Source: Lama guanicoe (taxonomy: Eukaryota). From it: 64,000 nucleotides of DNA. The stretch lies in assembly GCA_013239625.1 (NCBI GenBank), contig MU053594.1:646355-710354 (forward strand), written 5' to 3'. The notes below the pieces were generated by a model that saw nothing but the letters and a program-made list of their open reading frames with translations, did not search any database and was not told where the DNA came from. Below, piece by piece: positions 1 through 12,698 of the stretch (the first letter of the stretch is position 1; the number at the start of each line of letters is the position of its first letter). The translations under genes and the position numbers were made by a program.

Positions 1-1546
1 ATGAATGGCCATTACAAGAACAACTAGCATGAACGGGTTTGGGAAGAGATCTAACTGCCTGGAAAGCAGGCAGAACACAGTTCCCTCGGGGGAGCACACT
101 GTATGCCATGGGCCCTGATCGGCAACCTTTTCCTGAGAGAATGACCAGAGAGTCATGACTAATCCAGTGGGCCAACAATAATGGAGCGCTTTTAAAGTGT
201 CTGATCTTTCACCTCAATTGAGCTGTTTTCTGAGGGACTCCTACTTCCCGCCTGGCACGTACCAGATGCTGGAGGAGCAGAAGGAGAATAAGATACAGAA
301 CTTGCTGTGAAAGAGGACAGGAAATGGGAAGAGACAGACTTGCAAATTTTTATACCATAAGTGCCAAGAACAAATTCTGTACTGTGAGATAAAAAAGGAA
401 TAAAGACGTAATTCTCCCTAAAGGAGATCATGGAAGGCTTCTTGGAGGAAGTGGCCTCAGAGACCATAATTGAGAAAGGAATTGGGAAGAAGCAGGGACC
501 ACTGAGCATCATCCTCTCAAAAAACTTAAGATGATGTTTTCTGAAATGGAAACAGAAGGTGCCGGCAATAGCTGGGTCTGCCTGTTTGCCATCATTGCTG
601 TCCATCCTGGAGGGGACAGGATCTTTGGGTCTCTCCTCCATCCAGTAATCCTGGTATATTTGTTAGAATTACAGATAAGAAAGGAAGGTGGGAGCAAAAG
701 AACCAGTCTTCCCTCTGGGAGCCCAGCGCTGCGCAGAGTGAAGGAAGCAGTGAAGATAAGGGGCTGGGTACCTCTCCCAGGGCACCAGCAGCTTGCCTAT
801 CAGGCTGGTCCATGAGGTAAACTCCAGACCTCAGTTTGTCACATGCCAGGAAGATAGAATGCTTTGTCTCTGCTTGCAGCGTGCACCCCCGTTGCTGGAG
901 AGATTACCACTTCCTGGGCCGCAGATGTAATTAGATGATCAATCATAGAAAGTGTAAAGCAAAGGCAGACTCAGGGGAGAGAGATTTGTTTTTACTGTAT
1001 CACTTTAAATATCAACCGGGCAGAAAGGACCCCAAGGGAGTCTGCGCTTCAGAAACAGTCGGATACAGGCCTCCAGAGAGAGGACTCCAGTCTTCAGGCA
1101 GCGCTAAAGTGGTAGGAAAATCTCTGCTTTGTCCAAAAGTCCCCAGTGTCTCCCAGAGCCTCCCCAGCCTTAAGGGTTCCCGTCTCCTTGCTGCCACCAG
1201 CCTTAATGGTGAGGATCAGGTCAGAGGATACCAGAGCATTGTTCGGACACAGCCTTTGCAGTTCAGCAAGTATTTGCAACTCTGTTACCCTGGATACCTT
1301 TATAAAACAGAGGATGCAAACTTAAATGTATTCTAGGGGCTGGAAATAAATGTAAGCTGAGTGTAGGGTCATAAGGATTGGTGGGGACTGTGGTAAACTT
1401 GAGGGCACTGTACCCCAACCAGCTGGAGCAGAATGTGGCAGCAGGAGGAAGGGGTCTTTGCAAAAGCCTTGGGGCCTGGCCCTTGCAAGCTGGGGCAAGT
1501 GGGGAGAATGCAGTGGGTAAGGAGCACAGGGTAGAGAAGGACCCCC

Positions 1547-1573
1547 NNNNNNNNNNNNNNNNNNNNNNNNNNN
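1547..1573. other. Assembly gap (27 N)
   Basis: Run of N. Confidence 1.
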
Positions 1574-1754
1574 CACAGGGGAGGAAGGACCCCCACCCCC
1601 CCCACCCCCTTCCATCCCTGGAGTGCAGATTCAGCCTCTTCCCCATAAGCTGGTTGGGGAGGGCCTCCGCCTTCTTCACTTAGTATTGCTCTGTGTAAAG
1701 ACGCTGCTCTACTCAGTCCTAGCTTGTGGTTGCCTTGCCCGAATGCTGACCCAG

Positions 1755-2135
1755 TGTTTCCAAAATCCTGTACGTCTTTTTATGAGAATCTGTATTTTAA
1801 TGTGAAAGCTCCAAATTTTATTTTATTTTATTGAATTATAGTAGATTTACAATGCTGTGTTAGTTTCTGACATACAGCATAGTGATTCAGTTATATATAT
1901 ACATACATACATATATATACACACACACATATATATATTCCTTTTCGTATTCTTTTTCATTATAGGCTATCACAAGATATTGAATACAGTTCCCTGCACT
2001 CTATGGTAGGACCTTGTTGTTTATCCAGATTTTAAATATTGGCAAGAAACTGCAATTTTTCAACAATGCTATGTAAACCCAACAAAACTTATCTGCAAGC
2101 TAAATGTGGTCCGTGGGCCGCCAGTTTGCAACTTT
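1755..2135. mobile_element. Old hAT-Charlie-type MER, interrupted by the L1 above
   Basis: Terminal motif ggtccgtgggccgccagtttgcaac typical of Charlie/MER non-autonomous elements. The sequence continues across the L1 TSD. Confidence 0.5.
1821..2023 (-). mobile_element. L1 3' end (cetartiodactyl type) with internal TA/CA microsatellite
   Basis: ttgaattatagtagatttacaatgctgtgttagtttctg...cacaagatattgaatacagttccctg. TSD tccaaatttta (1810-1820) / tccagatttta (2024-2034). Confidence 0.8.
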
Positions 2136-5100
2136 CGGCATGAAAGGGTTAGCTAACCCGTGCTGAGTCTCTTCTCCTGGGCTTGTGGAAACGTCTAACT
2201 AAGTAGTAGGCAGCCTTGCGTAAAAGAAGGGTTTTAGCAGCCTCCACTTTTTCCGTACAGCGAAATGGACCGATCCCATACTCTGGCGTGTTCTGGCTTG
2301 CCCAAGGTCATCACTGCTTTGGGGCTTATGGCATGTAGCTCGTTGTAGGAAGATAGCAAACTCTGTTGCTCAGATATGCAACGGCTTACACGTCCTTGAC
2401 AGCGACTTTGTGCGTGAGAGCGCATGCCTTGCGAGTCAAAGCCGGGTGCCTTGGCACCAGTGGGTGATTTGCACGAACGTGGCAGCTTGAACTAATCCCC
2501 GAGAAAAGCTTCCCCTCCCTCCTGCCAGAGCCATCACAGCTCTCCGTCAGCCTGTGCCTCGGGGAGCTGTCACAGCCTCATTACTGCTAATTCATCTTCA
2601 CTTAGAGCATCAAAAGGCTGGCTGGTTTATCAAACCCGGTGGGCGCACGGGAAGTTTGTTCAGCCACGTTATTTTGTTTGCCATATTGGGCTCAGAAAAC
2701 TTAGCTCATCTGTGTCCCAGCAGTCCCAAGTGTTTATGTTCTGCCTCAGATGGTCTCAGGATGGGAAGCCAGTGCGACAACTCCAGCCAGAGGTGTTTCC
2801 TTAGTGACGCGCCTCGCGCGCTTTCCCCGAGCATCTCTCCTTCTCTCCCTTCTCCCCCCTCCCCCAACCCCATAAGTGGGTCTCTGCGTTAAAGTTACCC
2901 AAAGAGGGCCTGGGTGAGAAGGGTTTCTGGTCCCATTAGTCATCCTCTGTGGCTGAGCAGCTCTCCTTTCTGGGAATTCCCTGTGTCTCAGGAAACACTC
3001 CTGGATTTGAATTACTGGCTTCCGCTGTTGTCTCCATCCTGCCCCACGTCAGGGAGCTGAGCAACAAGTCCAGAGAATCAGCCCTTTCCCCAGATGCCCG
3101 GGGAAGAATAGGGCAGGAAAACCTCCCCAAAAGTTGTCTCAAGAAGCAGCATCGAACAAAGAACCCTAACAGGCCCCGTGGCCCCGGGCTGCTCCCTGAG
3201 CATCTGGGACACCATCCATGAGCGCAAAACCTGCGGCGTACACGGCTCCCCCCAAATCCAGAGGGAAATGAGAGAGGGGTGTCAGGCTTAGACAGAGACC
3301 CTTATAAAGAAAGGATTATTTCCAGGAGGTGAGCAGTCTGGGTGGGGACTGGATATGTAGCGGGCTCCCGAATGCCAGCTGGTGCCCGTGTCTGCTGACA
3401 AATCTCTAGGGGAGATGAGCAGACACAAGGGGTTGGATGAATTCAGATTAGACTCTGGAGAGGTGCCCAGAGAGCCTCCAGACTTACTCTCCTTTGGCTG
3501 ACATGACAGCTTTGAAGACGCAGACGGTGATGACAGTGATGGTGGCCATGACGCCAGCTAATACCTGCTGTTTTCTGAGCGCTTTCTACGAGCCAGAGAG
3601 AGAGCCATGAAGGGTAAAGCAGGGGACCCACCTAGAGACCGTAATTACATCCCGGTAATGAAAGCAACCAGCTCTGTAGACTTGAGTGGGTCCTTTCACT
3701 TTTCTGGCTCTTAGTTTTTTTCATCTGTAAAATAAAGAGGTTCTATTAGACATTTTCTAAGGTTTCTTCCACGAGTATAATTCATCTACATCAGGAGAAT
3801 GGGAGCAATGGGGTGTCTCCTCTGGGCCAGAGACTATGCAAGAGGCTTGATGTATCTCATTTAACCTTCAAAATAACCCCACGAGGAAGGTAATCTCACC
3901 TTGTTTGCGAGCCATGCAAAGCAGCGTGACTGCGGCCAGCGCCCACCAGCATCACCTACACTCATGAACGCATACCAAGCTGGTGGGCTTCTCAGTAGAT
4001 GCTGGACGATCCGCACGGGTTTAAGCCAACCTCTGCCTGTCACAGGGACAGGACGGACACAGAAGCAAGGAAGTCCCAAACAGCAGGGGGATGTGGCATC
4101 AGTCACCGGGGCTCCTTAGTGAGGACGTGGGTATGATCGATTCACATTCGACAAAGGAGGGTCTAAACTGAAGTGCTAATGGCACACTAACATTTTTATA
4201 AGTCTTCAGACTTTGCAGGACACTTTGAAATACATCATTTTTTCTCAGTTATTCCACCACTCTCTGAAATTAGGTATGACTGTTCTCCTATTAAAGTCTT
4301 ATTAATTATTAATTTGAGATTTAAGGAAGTGGCTCATGCACGGCAACTGGATTATCCTTCTGCCTGTCAGACACCCGCAGTTAGGTGAAAGAGTCCAGTG
4401 TGATGGCTGCTCCACACCTCGCAGTGCCCAGCAGGCCTCCCTGGACGCCTGGCCCACCTCTGCCTCCAAGAACAGAGACATCTCATATCTCTTGTATCAG
4501 TAGAATTTATCAGGAAGGCTCTGGGTCAAGTGGGGCTTTTCCTTGATGATCTGGAGGGAAGAATCAAGTTTGCTGCAAATCTGCACGGCACAGAGTGAGT
4601 AGATTATAACCAAGGTCGCCTGCCTGGTGCCTCCAACATCTTGAGGCTTTTAGCTCAGGGCTGGTTGGTGGGAGCTACATGCTGGATGTGGCTGGAGTCT
4701 GTCTGGAATTTTGAGAGGTTTGGGGGCCACAGAGAAATAGAGGGTCTCTTTCTCTCAGGACCCCTCATCCCAGCGTGGGTCTTTTGCTGGGACCTAGTGC
4801 GGCTCAGCCCCCTGCTCCCAGCAGCCATAGCACCCCTCTCAAGGATGCTCGTTTCCAAGTGTCGAGCAGCTACCGCTCACAGGCCCCTCCGTTTGCATCT
4901 TCTAAGTTAATTTCACAACCACTCCAATGAGGAGGGATTTATTGCCTCAGTTTTACAGATGAGAAAACCGAGGCCCAGAGCTATTACGCTATCAAGTCCA
5001 TATTGCTAGCAAGTATTGGAGGTAAGACTCCAATATTGTCTATTTGATTTAAAAAAAAAAAAAACCAGGCCACATTGACTCCTCTCCTTCAATTCCCAGG

Positions 5101-5909
5101 ACAGCAGGAAGCCACTTCTCTTTCTGTTTTGATCATCACTGCTTAGGAAAAGCCTCAACATTGCAGACAGGGATGGGGAGAGGGGGAGGTCTGCAGTGCC
5201 AGTGGGCACGCAGCTCGTTAGTCAGACTCTGTGCCCACCACCGAGACTGCCCTCCCGGATCTACTGTCATCATTTGGAAAAGGAAGTTATGGGCTCTGTC
5301 TGGGACCCCCAGCCTGTCTCTGCAGCAAGGTCACTGCCCCCTGCTGCCTCCTGTGGCTGTGCTGTGTGCCCCTCCTCTGAGTGAGGTGCCAGCAGCCCAG
5401 GCAGGGTTAGATGCCCAGACCCACAGCACCGCCCCGTTGGGTCTGCACCCCGACCCCAGAGAATGAAAGAAAACACAGGAAGGAGCTGGAGGAAGGCAGG
5501 CTGAACCTGCCAAGAGGGATGAGCCCGGAGGCAGCCCGCCCTCCTCCGCTCTGCCCAGAATCCTGCGTGTCTGTCCTCCTCCGCACTTCGTCCAGGCAGC
5601 CTGATGCCCTGGAGACCCGAAGAGTGTCGTTTTCTGGAAGACATCCAGTTGCCTAAGGGCGCTCCGGACTCTGAGGAAGCTTGGGTATGGTCTGGACCTC
5701 AGCTTTCCTCTTTTTAAGGCTGTGAGGGGATCCTAGGGGGCCTGGTGACGCCAGTCTGAGACCTAACAGCCGGGTGAACTGAGGCCCTGGACATACCCTT
5801 GAAGGATCTGTGTTTGCAGTGAGATAGAGGCACCTGTCCATCCCACAGACCTCGCTCCCTCCAGCAATAGACCCACGCTCGACTCAGACTCAGTTCCTGA
5901 TATAAGGAA

Positions 5910-6090
5910 AAGAGTCTGGTTCTGGAGGCAGATACGCCTGTGTTCAGAAGTCACTGCACTTGGGTGAACTTGGACAAGTGACTCACCCTCTCTGTGCCTG
6001 TTCCTTCATCTGTAACATGGAAACAGTATCTAATCTCACCGGGCTGCTGTGTGGGTTCAGTGAAATGCATGTGTACAGTGCTTCACACTG
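5910..6090 (+). mobile_element. MIR SINE
   Basis: ttggacaagtgactcaccctctctgtgcctgttccttcatctgtaacatgg core. Confidence 0.75.
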
Positions 6091-6404
6091 GAGCGCAGTA
6101 GCCGTTACATTTGCCACTAAAGTGGGCATCCGTCCCACATCTGTCCCTGCCAGCTGAGCCAAGGTCCTCTGTGAGAGGGAGGAGACAGCTCATTAGACCA
6201 AGGAAGGGTCCCGGGGCTCCAGCTAGCCTGGACAGGGCGCAGGAGTGACGGGGACAGGGAGGGTCTGTCAGACCCAGCTCACAAGAAAGGAAGCCAGCAT
6301 TTAGAATAAAGGAACAGGATTGAAAAGCTAGCTTGAAGCCTGGTTTACAGCCATGACTTTTTAGGGAGGGAGAGTGGGTAGTGGGGACTAAAACACAGAT
6401 TAGA

Positions 6405-7200
6405 CTTTTTAAGAAAGTTTATTATAGAAAATTTTAAACATATATACAATTAAGAAGAATAGTACAATGAATGTCATTTATCCATCTCTCAGATTTAACC
6501 ATCATCAGTGGGTTTTGCTTCATTTGTACCATCTCCCATGTTATTTTCAGATAAACCCCAGACATCATATAATTTCAACTGTAAATATTTCAGGATGTAT
6601 CTCTAAAAGATAAGGACTCTAAAATAATTAACTGGAATGACATCGCCACACCAAAAAATTGTTATCAATGATTCCTTAATATCATCCAAAAATGTACTCT
6701 TTAAATGTTCAATTGTCTCATGAATGTCAAGGATCATTAAAAGTTGATCTCTCTCTCTTTTTTTTAAAAAATATTTTTTGAAGAGCGACTTATTATTTAG
6801 TTTTTTGGGGGGAGGGGGAGGTAATTAGGTTTATTTATTTTTTTATTTTTAGAGACAGTATTGGGGATGGAACCCAGGACCTTGTGCATGCTAAGCAGGC
6901 GCTCTACCACTTGAGCTATACCCTCCCCACAAAAGTTAATGAATAAATTAACATTTGGATAAATGTTGGATGGATAAATGATGTTCATTGTACTCTTGAA
7001 TCAAGGATTCAAAATAAGGTCCATGCGTTGCCATTGGCTGATAGGCTTTTAATTTTCTTTATTATTAAGGCTCTCTCCCCACCCGCATCTTTTTCTTTTG
7101 TTTCCTTGCAATTTAGTTTTGGAAGAAACCAGGTCGTTTGTTCTGGTACATTTTCCACAAGCTGGATTTTGCTGATTGCATTCCTGTGGTGACGTTCTAC
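6405..7200 (-). mobile_element. L1MC4/5-like 3' fragment (host of the first Vic-1 SINE)
   Basis: aaattttaaacatatatacaa...ccccagacatcatataatttca...gtatctctaaaagataaggactc...aattccttaatatcatc-like motifs. Confidence 0.65.
6749..6930 (-). mobile_element. Vic-1-type tRNA-derived SINE
   Basis: Reverse complement reads GGGGAGGGTATAGCTCAAGTGGTAGAGCGCCTGCTTAGCATGCACAAGGTCCTGGGTTCCATCCCC...AATAAACCTAATTACCTCCCC. Flanking aaaagttgat/aaaagttaat is a TSD candidate. Confidence 0.9.
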
Positions 7201-10200
7201 CCTCCATTCGTCTTTGAGATACGTGGGTGTCATAAAGTTAAAGCTTGCTTGCCATTGTCCCCCCTGTTTCGGAAAGGGCTTTATCCTGGTGGAAAAGAAG
7301 TGTCCCCAGTGTCCCCAGTGCCAGCTGCTGGAGCTGAACGGTGGGGGGACAATGAAAGAGGGGCTTCTCGAGGGCTCCCGGCAGTGTGACGGCTGCCGGT
7401 GGTTATGGGGACAGGACTCTTTCTCTGTTGTTATGAATAGGGACGCCTTTTCATAAAGCAGAGCAATTTTCTGCCAAATAGTGAGGATTGTTTTTCCTCC
7501 TTCTAGAGCAATAGGTTCAGGATTTGTCTCCCTCTTGACTTTCAAGAGCATGTTTTCTCAAATCTTTCCTGAAATTAAAGTAAAGGTCAAGGAGGCTGGT
7601 CTGAGATCCAGCCCTCCCTCCCCTCCAGCTCCTGCTGGCGAGTCTGGCAGCGACGTGGGCCTGCCTCCTGGACTCCTGTGACCCGGTCCCCAGGGCAAAC
7701 CGAGCTCAGCTTCCCAGTCCTCTGCTTCCTGGGGGGACGTTGAGGAGGGAGAGAAAGAGAGAGCAAAGGAACCAAGAAGCAGTGCCGGCCGGTGGACTCG
7801 GTGCTGAGTTTAGGTTTCCTGAGCGATTTCTGGAGGCTTCCTTCTCCCCTTTGGGTTCCCTTCCCCTGGGAGGGGGCCCTGAGCCCCATGCCCTCCACCC
7901 TGCCGCCCACCTGCCAATTTTCTGCTCCGCACGAGAGCTGCCCCACTGATCTGCCCCTTCCCGCATACAGGGCTGAGCGGTGAGGATTTTTAATCAAAAG
8001 ACACACTGCAGGCAGAGAATGGTACCGCCACCACCCCACCTAGCAGTGCAGGAGCCGCTCCCCCCGCCCCCTCCCCACACTGAGTCACTCCAGCTAACAG
8101 TTAATTAATTTGTGACACTTTGACAGTTAGTGAGGAGACATTTTTACGGAGCCATCCAAATCCACAGGGATGGGGCTGTCAGGCAGACGCCCCTTCCTGC
8201 AGGCACCCCTCACTCTCCTGGAGACCTGGGAGGCCTGGACGGGGCGGAGAGGCCCTGAAGTCCTCTCTAAGCCCCCCACGTACCTAGGGGCATGTGGCCA
8301 GACCCGAGACCATTGGCCACTTTGGGAAGAAGCAGAAACACGTGGGGGCGTCCGTGGAGAGAGCATCAGAGGTGAGGTCCAGTCATGCTCAGCTCTGATC
8401 TCCAGCTCCCAGACAGACTCCCCATCTGGAGCCCCTTTCCACAGCCGGGGGAGGAGCTGTGTGCGCTGCAACCTCTCCCTGGGACACTTCACCTGCTGCA
8501 GCTCCTCAGATGGGCTGGGTCTTGGCTGTACTCAGTGCAACCCCGTGAGGGCCTTCGAGCCGCTGGTCCTGCTGAGTGAGGAGCTGGCTCCGGGCCACTG
8601 CCTGGCCGGCTGCGACTTCACGCCCTCAGGGGTGCTAGCGGAGAAGCTGTGAAACCCTGGGGCGCCAGGCTTTCCTGTAGCCCAGAAGCCACCCCCATCA
8701 ACTCTGTGCTTCCCTTTTCTACAGAATTCAGGTTATCTCCCCATCCACTTCCCTCACACGGGGCATTCTCTTTTTCTTTCAACGCCTTTTAACCCTGTGT
8801 GCCCAGGGATGGCCCCCCTGGACAACTCCCTGGATGGGCCCCCACCAGCAGGGCATCCAAGCCCAGCTACCTCATGACTGGGACCCAGAGGGCCAGGGAG
8901 AGATCTCAGAGGAGGCTACTGGTACCCCTCGACAAGGATCCAGGAAGAAACAATAACCAGGGTAGAAAAAGACCCAGGGAACTGACTCCTTCTCACTTGC
9001 ATGAGACACTAGCTCCCACGGACGCCTCTCAGGCCTTTATTAAGCACCCACCGTTGCCAGGCGCCCTGCTGGGAGGTGAGAAGACCATGACGAGACAAGA
9101 CAGGTGTGATCCGTGCACTGCTGTAGCTCACAGTTTGGCAAGAGGAGCAGGCACTAAACAAATAATGAGACAAGTACCAACTTAATTACACCAGCGATGA
9201 GTGCCACCAAGGAGCCCATGTGCTGGGAGAGCTTTCAGCAAGAGGACAGCTCTGAGCCAGAGCATCAGGGAGGCGCCTGGGGAGCAGGGCCGTCCTGCAG
9301 TGTGAGAAGGAGGAGGTCAGCCAGGACAGGGTCCTGAGCCCCTGGGGGAAGGGCTGGGCCTGGGTGGGCGCTGGGGCCCTGGAACCCCAGGGGAGGGAGC
9401 AGGTGGTGTCTCTGCTGGTCGGTTTGTGACTCTGGTGACAGGAAGCTGAGTGAGCATCCCAGGGCAGCTTCTGTTTGCTGCGAGGCGGGAGGCAATGCCT
9501 GGCCAGCTTTAACTCCAGGGAGCAGTGGTACAGGCTCTGAGCTGCAGACCAGCTAACCAGCCTCAGCTTGGACCACTGAAGGCCCTGGCTCCAGCCGGGT
9601 GGGCCCGGACACAGCCAGACTTGGGAGAGAGCGGGAACAATTCACCCAAGCTGTCCCACACGGTCTAAGGAAACCTGCGCGGCTCTCCCCACGGGGAACC
9701 TGTCTGAGTTCTGCTGCTGAGCTGCTGGGAAGCCCACACTTTGCTCCCTCACTGCCCCTGTGGAACTCCAGGTTGGACCAGGGAGGCTTGCCAGGCCTGG
9801 AGGGGCACCAGGGGGTGGTGTCAGTGTGTGGCCTCCCTTCCCCCTAGGCTACTGCAGGCAGGCTTCCCCACTAGCCCAGCTCTCCCAGAGCCATTCAGAC
9901 CCATCCCCCAGCAGCAGCCCTGAGGCCCTGGGAGGAATGGCACGCAGCCATCGGGAGAGTCCCACTCCTGAACTCTTGGAGATGAGGAATTTCTGGGAGC
10001 TGGACCTTGCCAGAGCCCCAGATGGGAGAGTGCCCCTCCTCCACAACTGGGAAAAAGTAAATGGGATTTCTTCCAACTGCTGCTGCCTGAGCCGGACCCA
10101 CAGCCTCACCACCCAGCTCCCCTGTGCGTCTGGGCCTGGGGTGCCGGGAAAGATGTATGTGGGGAGAAGAGGGGGAGCCCTGGAAGTGACAGCATCCGTC

Positions 10201-11620
10201 ACCCCTCCCTCACAACTCAGTCTCCCCTGTTCTCTTTCCCAACTTTCCTCTCCCCCACTTCCTGCCCCACCTCCTCCCCAGAACCCCGGGCTTGGCAGCC
10301 TTTCCACTCCTTGGCCTCTCCAAGTGGAAGGTGACTGTTCCCATCCACCCTCCACACCAGCCTTCCCCAGGTCTGGGCGGGAAGGCTCTGGGCCGCCAGG
10401 CTAGGGCTCTGGGCGCCCCTGCGGAGGCTGCCCTCCCGAGTTCAGTAAGTGAGGCCTTATTTGGTGAGTCTTCTCCTTTTCCTTTTCTTCTTCTAGAAGG
10501 AAAGAAGAGGGGCCTTCTCCCCACCTTCTCCCCTCCCACCCTTCCTTCCCAGAGGTGCCAGAGGAGCTGGAGAAGGGCCCACCCCCAAGCCACAGCCCGG
10601 ACCTTCGTCTGAGGTGCTGAGGGTGACCTGGGTCAGGAGGGTCCTGGGGAGGGCCCGTGCCACTCCCTCTGATTCCCACCCAACTCCAGCCCTCCCAGAG
10701 AGCTGCTTTTGCGATGCAAATACCAAGTTCCTCCCCCTCCCTTCTTTTTCATTGAAATGCTTCAAGTCTCAGAAAAGAGGGGAAAATGATGTGTTTAAGA
10801 CAGCAGTGTCTCACCCGCCATCGAGCCCGATAAGGGATTGTTAAATTTTAATTAGACAATTTGATTCCTTCAAATGCCAGATTCTCAGGGGAGGCAGCAC
10901 CAGGGAAACAGTTTGCTTGAGTTTATGCTGCGCCAAGCGTTCCTCACCCCCCACCTCCGGGCCTGCGCCCCAGAGTTTCGCTGGTAGAGGGAGTCAAAAC
11001 CAGAGAATGGCAACCTCTCCTCCCTCCTCCCCGCCCAGCCAGCTCTTCTCTAGGGTCCCAGGTGCCCCAACAGATTGACCCTTTGGGCCCCAGCCCACCA
11101 GGCTTGGGACCAGGGGTGACCACAGCCTCCGAGTTCTTCCTAAAGGAAAACATCAATTTGTGGTGTCAACCCTTAACTGTGTAGCTTTAGAGGAGTGTTT
11201 CTTCTTCCAACATACTTTTGGTGAGCTGTTTCTGTTTATAGCCTGGGGAGGGACTGGGAGAGCAGCCCTCCTCCCAGCTCTAACCCCCAACCCCCTGTGC
11301 AGCGGGATGGTCTGAGCAGGGTTGTTACGGAAACGACAGCCAGCCAAGAAACAGGCACCACTCGGAGGGTTGGAGCACTCAGATGTATTACGCCGGCGGG
11401 CTCAGAGCTCCGCCGAAGCTCTGAGCACCTCCAAGACGTGCGCAAGCACAAGCTTGCGGTATTCGGCCAATAGGCATGGAACAGCTTTAGCAGCATCGTT
11501 ATCACAAAAGTGGAGGCAGGGAGGCAGCAAACCAACCTTCCAAAGCCAGATATGTATCTTTGAAAATCCAGCTGGCTAGCAAAAGAAAAAAAATGAACAG
11601 CAAACCAACACTAATTTACT

Positions 11621-11766
11621 TAGATTTACAAGTTAGTCCCGCAGAGCTCAGCTCAGTATTCCGATACCTAGATTTGTGAGTTATCTTGTTAGCCCAGCCC
11701 AGCCTCTCCTTCACATTCTTAGACTTGTGAGTTATCCTGTTAGACAAGCCTGGCTTTTCCTTCACA
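11621..11766. repeat. Degenerate tandem repeat, about 50-bp unit, 2-3 copies
   Basis: tagatttgtgagttatcttgttag...ccttcaca at 11669 and tagacttgtgagttatcctgttag...ccttcaca at 11720, with a weaker copy at 11621. Confidence 0.8.
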
Positions 11767-12379
11767 GGGTGGTCTGCTGGCCGGGGCAGCCTGGGAGCGG
11801 GGCGGGGGCAGCTCAGCCCCAGGTGTCTGTCTGGGCTCACACAGCACCTCAGCTTGCAAGCTAGCTCATTTTCAAATTGGGGCATACACAGAAAATGGTA
11901 GCAGCTAGGGTAAATGGCCGAGGTGCTGGGGGCTGGACACATCTGGCTCCCGGCTCGATCCATCCCAGACATCTCATGGGGAAGCTCTGCTGCACGGGCT
12001 CTGAAGAGAGCTGGTGTCCCAGCAGGCTGGCGTTAGGCAGGCCGTTGGGGAGAACTTGATGGGGAACTGGTGACCTGGAAGGGGCAATGAGTACCGGAAA
12101 CATACGAGGACCAGGCGATCTCTGGCACTTCGACTGCAGGCCATACAAATGGAGTTTCCCCTGCTCCTGGCTCCCTCCACCTCCCACCCACCAGGGCAGC
12201 TGCTTACGAAGAGCCTGAGTGGCCCCAGAGCACGCCTGGACCCTCGTCGCCAGCGAGGCTGGGGTGGGAGCAGCGCATGCTCCATCTTGCTGCCCTGGGA
12301 AGGTGAGGATGGTGCTTTGCAGGAGAGGCAGCCATCCGCGAGTGAGGCCTGGCGCCTGCAGTTCTCTCTGGTAGCTTGC

Positions 12380-12698
12380 GATGCCTTAATAAAATACCCT
12401 GGGTGGCTTAAACAACAGAAATGTATTTTCTCACAGTTCTGGGAGCTGAATGTCTGAGATCAGGGTGCTGGGCTAGCCAGGTTCTGGTGAGAGCTCCCTT
12501 CCTGGCTTGCAGATGGCAGCCTCCTCCGTGCGTGCTCACCTGGCAGAGAGAGAGAGATCAAGCCCTCTGGTGCCTCTCCTTATAAGGGCAGTCATTCAAT
12601 CGGGAAGACTCTACCATCATGACCTTCTCTAGGCCAAAGGCCCTGTTTCCTAACAGCATCACATTTAGGGCTAGGACTTCGTACGAAGTCCATAGCAG
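12380..12698 (-). mobile_element. MaLR LTR (MLT1A-like)
   Basis: ggtggcttaaacaacagaaatgtattttctcacagttctggg...ggttctggtgagagctcccttcctggcttgcagatggc...cttataagggca. Confidence 0.85.

Noticed and set aside
6860..6928. tRNA-like A/B box sequence (also near 22940 and 46370)
   Set aside because: These are SINE heads with AT-rich tails and TSDs, not tRNA genes.
8170..8652. 160-aa Cys-rich ORF in DRD2 intron 1
   Set aside because: No recognisable domain or splice support. Its length is expected by chance in GC-rich DNA.
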